Below are positions 63,001 to 64,000 of a DNA stretch of 64,000 bases, piece by piece (positions within the stretch are counted from its first letter, which is position 1; every line of letters starts with the position of its first letter). This DNA is from an uncultured Planctomycetia bacterium (lineage in GTDB: Bacteria > Omnitrophota > Gorgyraeia > Gorgyraeales > Gorgyraeaceae). Made by a program: the position numbers and the translations under genes. The DNA lies in contig CAYPYS010000001.1 of NCBI GenBank assembly GCA_964415355.1, positions 283,819 through 347,818 of the forward strand, given 5' to 3'. The notes under the pieces are model-generated. The model made no database searches, was not told the origin of the DNA, and saw nothing but the letters and a program-made list of their open reading frames with translations.

Positions 63001-64000
63001 AAACATCGTGCTTATTTCAGCAAGGTGTCGCGCAAGAGTACTATTCCCACTATAATCAGAAACCCCCTTTACGGTTTGCGTCAAACTCGGCTCTCCTGTA
63101 TCATTTATGACCTGCCAGAACTCTCTTTTGTGTATAAGTTTCAAGAGGCTTTCACGATCAATTTCGCCATGCTTAACAAGGACAGGATAAATCTTTAAAA
63201 TGCTTTGCAAGGCTTTATTGACCGATGCTTCTAAACCGCTAAGTGACCCTGTAACTATCGACGTAAACTCTATAAAAACTTCTCCTCTCCTTTGCTCTGG
63301 AGGAAATTGACCAATAAGGCGAACTAGCAATACTTTTACTGCCTCCTTATTAAGATCAAACATCGGATACATCTCTACAAGCTCTCCCTGAAAAGCAGAA
63401 ACAGCCCTGGTAAAAAGTTCTTGTTCGATTGCATCTATCCCGCCCTCTACATCATCTCGTATAATGCCGCTAATATCACCTATAGAAGAAAGATTCCCGT
63501 ATTTTGTCCTTAAAACAGTCCTTCGATCATTAAAAAAGATGCCATGCAATCTCTCAGCTTGTATCCAGCAAGCTTCTCTTGCGAGGATATCCTGCATTAT
63601 AGGCCTGAGAACGCGTTGCACATATTCGAGGGAAGGCCAGTCACCTGCTTGTAATTTACGATTTATAATATTAATCGCCTTTTCTCTATCGAGCTCGCCA
63701 TGGATGCATAAGGCCTTGCCTATACTGAGCATTTCCACGACTCCTTTTTCGATTACCGCAGCTACTCTATCTAATTCTCCTGTAACGATATCTCTTGCCT
63801 CTCCAAGAGTCTTGTCATTAGATAGTTCTGCACGAAGACGAGCTTCAATTGCGTGAATTCTTAGCGATGTAATAGTCTTTCTGTAATCATCGCAAATCCC
63901 ACCAGGAAGAGAAGGAATGAGATAACGTTTGTTCAAGCCGTCTCTAACTAAACCAACTGCAGCCTTAAGGGCCTTCTGAGTTTTCTTGTTATATGCAGGA
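1..64000 (-). CDS. Internal fragment of a giant multidomain protein gene. The window holds about 21,333 codons with no start or stop, and the gene continues past both window edges.
   Basis: Seen directly: minus-strand frame with codons at + positions 3k+1..3k+3. Hand-checked stop-free for every codon 46030-64000 and for spot checks at 1-120, 9001-9660, 12721-12900, 26461-26640, 33421-33540, 41581-41700. Six unrelated enzyme motifs fall in this identical frame: HD at 6598, HRDITPENI at 27388, YRDVKPVNI at 28741, GILTGGGP at 36151, GSSGAGKST at 38701, KQSL motif at 45943. + strand ORFs are low-complexity antisense shadows. The remaining ~40 kb was translated by eye without a codon-by-codon stop check. 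Confidence 0.85.
560..1490 (-). other. Ribose-phosphate pyrophosphokinase (PRPP synthetase, Prs)-like domain embedded in the giant ORF
   Basis: Minus-strand translation gives DVAIIHSTENSQNVIYLLLALVKLRRAGVNHISLIDTYEGLARKDRADKKGDVISAGAMLLLLDWLTDLHF (Prs N-terminal domain pattern) followed by the type I PRTase motif LFVLDDETSTGGSIL (+ coords ~650-700). Confidence 0.6.
2284..2420 (-). other. HigB/RelE/ParE-like 'addiction module killer' motif inside the giant ORF
   Basis: Translation PKKYGRQHGLYEIQRGSRRVYARVFPEERAVVIVLAM matches the characteristic G..LYELR....R..Y.......VVILL pattern of RelE/ParE/HigB-fold toxins. Confidence 0.35.
3700..3850 (-). other. TGS domain (C-terminal to the RelA/SpoT synthetase)
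   Basis: Translation RYFRVIRVPQGAVIADVAAMYGENWLTRDLLNARVHE resembles the TGS beta-grasp segment that follows the synthetase in Rel/SpoT proteins. Confidence 0.45.
3960..4330 (-). other. RelA/SpoT-type (p)ppGpp synthetase domain (NT_RelA_SpoT)
   Basis: Translation VLGRCKGVYRTYRKVIEKEKYPDVASLKDLGGIMIVTKNGEDYRRAIEAIYDIWQ...GYRAFNAGKWVEFGSREIAVEFQIFPSKRQYFNYRYHGPLAHWVYK carries the G-R-x-K, YRA/H and HWxYK signatures of RelA/SpoT synthetases. Confidence 0.7.
4430..4900 (-). other. Degenerate RelA/SpoT HD (hydrolase-like) domain with HP in place of HD, immediately N-terminal to the synthetase
   Basis: Translation IATCLLHPLDSAV (LLHDV to LLHPL), LITFADRLSTIRHA (ADRLHNMRTL motif) and ELYIPLAERRGLDIVSEALEDEWFKLY (APLAHRLG motif). 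Loss of the Asp suggests an inactive, RelA-like pseudo-hydrolase. Confidence 0.55.
6450..6800 (-). other. Intact RelA/SpoT-type HD phosphohydrolase domain
   Basis: Verified codon by codon: KRGTPEIGHPAAVAEIVMVLGQLDIDIIMAALLHDLPEDGLATVREIKHNFGDR (H...HD...D), followed by MLKLVDRLHSLRTL. Confidence 0.7.
6900..9450 (-). other. Polytopic membrane region (multiple predicted TM helices)
   Basis: Long runs of hydrophobic residues in the minus-strand translation (e.g. GLGLLLLILFFTAIAASF, LIFVALFLMFLLVITSLIA, AGIVLIIIGLCVGLFFFLLLW), flanked by Lys/Arg clusters. Confidence 0.45.
9451..9506. repeat. Perfect 56-bp palindrome (28 + 28 nt, no spacer) lying in-frame inside the giant ORF
   Basis: Seen directly: 9451-9478 ccctctccccatactgtaggtcaggttt is the exact reverse complement of 9479-9506 aaacctgacctacagtatggggagaggg. 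The ORF reads through it as LTLTLSPYCRSGLNLTYSMGRGLS with no stop. Confidence 0.9.
9900..12100 (-). other. About 700-aa coiled-coil region (SMC/myosin-like heptad-rich segment)
   Basis: Translation is dominated by E/K/L/R/Q heptad-like sequence (e.g. EIEILSIIREVETLLEKAQLETENMNQETEETLGKIQNW..., ...LRLQREGELEARELELENLSNELTRLIHKVDERLSRIEKSL...). Confidence 0.5.
13950..14720 (-). other. Class I SAM-dependent methyltransferase-like domain (1 of 6)
   Basis: Motif I VDIVEVGAGYDMIF (+ ~14560-14583), acidic motif II and ILKPGGTLVV motif downstream. Confidence 0.55.
16100..16750 (-). other. HEAT / PBS-lyase-like helical repeats
   Basis: Repeated D..VR..A..ALG pattern: LLGHDDKYIRSMALRYISFFGEPTDLNRVLPFLETSDCRIQCSAIRAIGYSNNPDGIHSLVKVLESS. 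Confidence 0.4.
17500..17950 (-). other. Class I SAM-dependent methyltransferase-like domain (2 of 6)
   Basis: KIVEFGPGVVSLPGIVAHSMGAQYLGIEIDPESV...ILEHGGQLVIMVS; motif I at + 17873-17893. Confidence 0.55.
18300..18830 (-). other. Class I methyltransferase-like domain (3 of 6)
   Basis: DKSLHIGYGASLLPIFDAIRGLEVHAVDPDKDVID... motif I-like. Confidence 0.4.
19540..21000 (-). repeat. Tandem internal duplication of a ~400-aa module (protein-level, ~1.2 kb period)
   Basis: Two units beginning ISEDLRKAIEQGEDVKLALCIGVGSGQELLNLKELKK... (~20850) and ISEDLRRKIEEGQYIKCALCIGAGQGKELLNIRDIKR... (~19635). Both contain ...DE[VI]YMIGP[WM]PP... and ...F[TV]VLTE...DFVEVL... blocks. Confidence 0.5.
22100..22500 (-). 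other. Class I SAM methyltransferase-like domain (4 of 6)
   Basis: GKTIMFVGPDTANIPITVAERFPDSQVIVVNP...GSVDLIISSG (motifs I, II, III). Confidence 0.5.
24352..24419. repeat. 12-bp-stem inverted repeat (cgtcattgcgag / ctcgcaatgacg) enclosing a 44-nt loop, in-frame in the ORF. It carries a 27-nt element that also occurs, in the opposite orientation, at 45957-45983.
   Basis: Seen directly. 24354-24380 cattgcgagcgaagcgaagcaatctc(a) is the exact reverse complement of 45957-45983 gagattgcttcgcttcgctcgcaatga. Confidence 0.8.
24870..25290 (-). other. GHKL / HATPase_c histidine-kinase-like ATPase domain
   Basis: N-box ELLKNAVTNAHFDP, D-box DSNKGIPKK and G2-box GAGLGLGKVRNVVDMHDGSI in order. Confidence 0.6.
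27150..27900 (-). other. Hanks-type Ser/Thr protein kinase catalytic domain (1)
   Basis: Verified: HRDITPENI catalytic loop (27388-27414), DFG-like GGFG, and GTIGYAAPEQ activation-segment motif; N-lobe with VALEV / Lys region upstream. Confidence 0.8.
28330..29100 (-). other. Hanks-type Ser/Thr protein kinase catalytic domain (2), tandem with domain 1
   Basis: GSGNDSRVY glycine loop, VALKV, HRRDLIYRDVKPVNIII (28741-28788, verified frame), DFG, GYAPPEQ. Confidence 0.7.
29230..29780 (-). other. Class I SAM methyltransferase-like domain (5 of 6)
   Basis: ITVMDWGCGDGTALLNIREAL (motif I, + 29680-29706) ... DLIFSTES ... EGKLFVDV. Confidence 0.55.
30000..30400 (-). other. GNAT-family N-acetyltransferase-like domain
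   Basis: Motif A: LAVASGSRNQGIGTILMAYAL (+ 30140-30166) with flanking beta-strand-like segments. Confidence 0.5.
33600..34750 (-). repeat. Tandem duplication (~600 bp period) of a ~130-aa module carrying two helix-turn-helix-like motifs each
   Basis: AAVDLSESEVRKAAGGIYW...NIRNLANRLGVGKDDVQSAI...ITQKDVASVLGVNSSTLWVKTKK... and AAVDLSESEVREAATGAYW...SRNLANRLGVGTNDVMRAI...STTDVAKALEVGITNVRRRKK.... At the DNA level, 29 identical nt (cgcacttcactctcactaagatcaacagc) occur at ~34083 and ~34667. Confidence 0.55.
35150..36240 (-). other. Phosphofructokinase-family (PFK, PF00365-like) domain preceded by an in-frame Met
   Basis: MYTYGIGVALFAGTVSPTKRIGILTGGGPASGHNEVIYSAV...DGLITCGGDDTNGASYRL...LIIGLPKTMDNDIALPHGASTYGYDS... 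The GGxG, GGDGS-like and PKTIDND motifs of ATP/PPi-PFKs are in order. Frame verified at 36151. Confidence 0.7.
36380..36480 (-). repeat. KQSL motif copy 1 (VIANTAGVKQSLAYAFMFLGLFGSKGWRNNKSPRGSPR followed by a TM helix)
   Basis: Seen in translation. DNA agagattgcttcacacctgcggt...tcgcaatgacg shares 23 identical nt with copy 3. Confidence 0.7.
37330..37720 (-). other. NUDIX hydrolase domain
   Basis: NUDIX box GHSISGESLEVTVPREFIEELRNE (G-x5-E-x7-REuxEExGu) at + 37515-37585, verified by direct translation. Confidence 0.65.
38230..38760 (-). other. Guanylate kinase (GMP kinase)-like domain
   Basis: Walker A TVIAVAGSSGAGKSTL (+ 38701-38748, verified), then TTRPYRGPGDDKKCVTRAEFEAKKDRGEF...YGDDYAS, matching the GK 'TTRxPRxGE-x-G-x-Y-F-V' and nucleotide-binding segments. 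Confidence 0.7.
39880..40480 (-). other. Class I SAM methyltransferase-like domain (6 of 6)
   Basis: VVVADIGAGKNLLGREMV (motif I, + 40405-40435) ... VIGCDMG ... VHVVIQHTVMHHVEE ... ILKQGGLLMLFED. Confidence 0.55.
40870..40935 (-). repeat. KQSL motif copy 2 (SIATATEVKQSLIGPVLMLLGLFGSQDSRNSDSPRSPP)
   Basis: Seen in translation; DNA shares agagattgctt with the other copies. Confidence 0.6.
41000..44650 (-). other. Large polytopic membrane domain (more than 20 predicted TM helices) containing an intramembrane HExxH motif (LLHEMIHVWVARLFG)
   Basis: Very hydrophobic translation throughout. HEMIH sits at + 42433-42453 within a predicted helix. The family is unassigned (M48/M50-like zinc protease or other). 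Confidence 0.4.
43150..43215 (-). repeat. KQSL motif copy 3 (VIASTAGVKQSLGFLFMGSIFAKSEDRDSWYS)
   Basis: DNA caagagattgcttcacacctgcggtgctcgcaatgac is near-identical to copy 1. Confidence 0.7.
44780..44835 (-). repeat. KQSL motif copy 4 (DVVASSSTALGINFAKQSLIGSALIVATLFGSKGWRNNKSPRSPPW)
   Basis: Seen in translation; the GSKGWRNNKSPR block is identical to copy 1. Confidence 0.7.
44900..45800 (-). other. CPBP-family (CAAX protease / Abi-like) intramembrane glutamic protease domain
   Basis: Three CPBP motifs in the canonical order within TM helices: PLFEEFLYIG (EExxxR-like, + 45421-45470), FSFAHSADS (FxxxH), MAHSIINLIG (HxxxN). Confidence 0.55.
45940..45990 (-). repeat. KQSL motif copy 5 (IIASEAKQSLAGLPFMFLGLVGSQGSRDSNSTRGPP). 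It contains the 27-nt element that is inverted at 24354.
   Basis: Verified frame at 45943; DNA gagattgcttcgcttcgctcgcaatga. Confidence 0.8.
46100..48900 (-). other. YdbT/DUF304-like module: TM hairpins alternating with bacterial PH (bPH_2)-like domains
   Basis: EIPFDKIQSEEALLEGFWANVFRYGTVKIEVAGDDSVIFEKMFNPVMVVKALRNKRIE and EIVFGPISAAKAKEVVTIVEKAKEIEE resemble bPH_2 cores, flanked by paired TM helices. Confidence 0.4.
52300..52560 (-). other. Soluble HExxH zincin-like metallopeptidase motif (ImmA/IrrE-M78-like or SprT-like)
   Basis: Verified translation ACRHAVLALIEAQLMHEISHIVSGDHRDEAGAMVIEANFF (HEISH at + ~52455-52470). Confidence 0.4.
57700..58200 (-). other. Pol-beta-superfamily nucleotidyltransferase (minimal NTase) motif
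   Basis: Verified translation PIEAIIVGGTRYLKSGSRRDIDMVLLAPEA. The GG-x9-DxD signature is typical of NTase-fold enzymes (GlnE/GlnD/MNT-like). Confidence 0.45.

Noticed and set aside
1-64000. Window contains many ordinary genes in an operon on the minus strand
   Set aside because: That would require a stop and start every ~1 kb and random frame relationships between genes. Instead a single frame is stop-free wherever checked (18 kb contiguous plus spot checks), and six independent motifs 45 kb apart share one frame (chance roughly (1/3)^5).
1-64000. rRNA, tRNA, CRISPR arrays, promoters or intergenic regulatory regions
   Set aside because: No candidate intergenic DNA exists (continuous coding). 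No tRNA-like cloverleaf-rich GC segments, no rRNA-like conserved stretches, and no regularly spaced direct repeats of CRISPR type were seen on reading the sequence.

Overview
The whole 64 kb window appears to be interior to one giant gene on the minus strand. Codons occupy + coordinates 3k+1 to 3k+3, and there is no start or stop codon inside the window, so the reading frame runs off both ends (about 21,333 codons here).

Evidence for a single frame:
- I checked every minus-strand codon from 46030 to 64000 by hand and found no TAA, TAG or TGA. Spot checks at 1-120, 9001-9660, 12721-12900, 26461-26640, 33421-33540 and 41581-41700 also found none.
- Independent, recognisable enzyme motifs at 6598, 27388, 28741, 36151, 38701 and 45943 all sit in this same frame.
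- I did not codon-check the remaining roughly 40 kb, so a single in-frame stop there cannot be excluded.

The DNA is AT-rich (roughly 38-40% GC by eye). Almost all ORFs in the supplied six-frame track are on the + strand with Ser/Leu/Ala-rich low-complexity translations, which is what antisense shadow ORFs of an AT-rich minus-strand gene look like. The track does not list the giant ORF itself.

The encoded polypeptide is a mosaic of many normally free-standing enzyme domains. Coordinates are + strand; the protein N-terminus is toward 64000. In order from the N-terminal side: a Pol-beta-type nucleotidyltransferase motif (~58.1 kb); an HExxH zincin motif (~52.45 kb); a YdbT/bPH-like membrane module (46.1-48.9 kb); a CPBP/CAAX-type intramembrane protease (~45.2-45.5 kb); a large polytopic membrane domain containing HEMIH (41-44.7 kb); a class I SAM methyltransferase (~40.4 kb); a guanylate kinase (~38.7 kb); a NUDIX hydrolase (~37.55 kb); a phosphofructokinase-family domain (35.15-36.24 kb); a tandem duplicated HTH-pair module (33.6-34.75 kb); a GNAT acetyltransferase (~30.15 kb); another methyltransferase (~29.7 kb); two tandem Hanks-type Ser/Thr kinase domains (28.3-29.1 and 27.15-27.9 kb); a GHKL/HATPase_c domain (~25 kb); further methyltransferase-like domains (~22.4, ~18.6, ~17.9, ~14.6 kb); tandem duplicated ~400-aa modules (19.5-21 kb); HEAT-like repeats (~16.1-16.7 kb); a ~2.2 kb coiled coil (9.9-12.1 kb); a polytopic membrane region (6.9-9.45 kb); a RelA/SpoT-type unit consisting of an intact HD domain (~6.6 kb), a degenerate HD (~4.6-4.8 kb), a (p)ppGpp synthetase (~4.0-4.3 kb) and a TGS domain (~3.75 kb); a HigB/RelE-like motif (~2.3 kb); and a PRPP-synthetase-like domain (0.56-1.49 kb).

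DNA-level oddities inside the coding frame:
- a perfect 56-bp palindrome at 9451-9506;
- a 27-nt element present in opposite orientations at 24354 and 45957, with a 12-bp-stem hairpin at 24352-24419;
- five copies of a KQSL-containing motif family;
- internal tandem duplications.

This architecture and size class match the giant genes reported from Omnitrophota-like ultrasmall bacteria, for example the ~40,000-aa protein of 'Ca. Velamenicoccus archaeovorus'. That attribution is an inference; I cannot run a search. I saw no rRNA, tRNA, CRISPR array or canonical intergenic region anywhere in the window.
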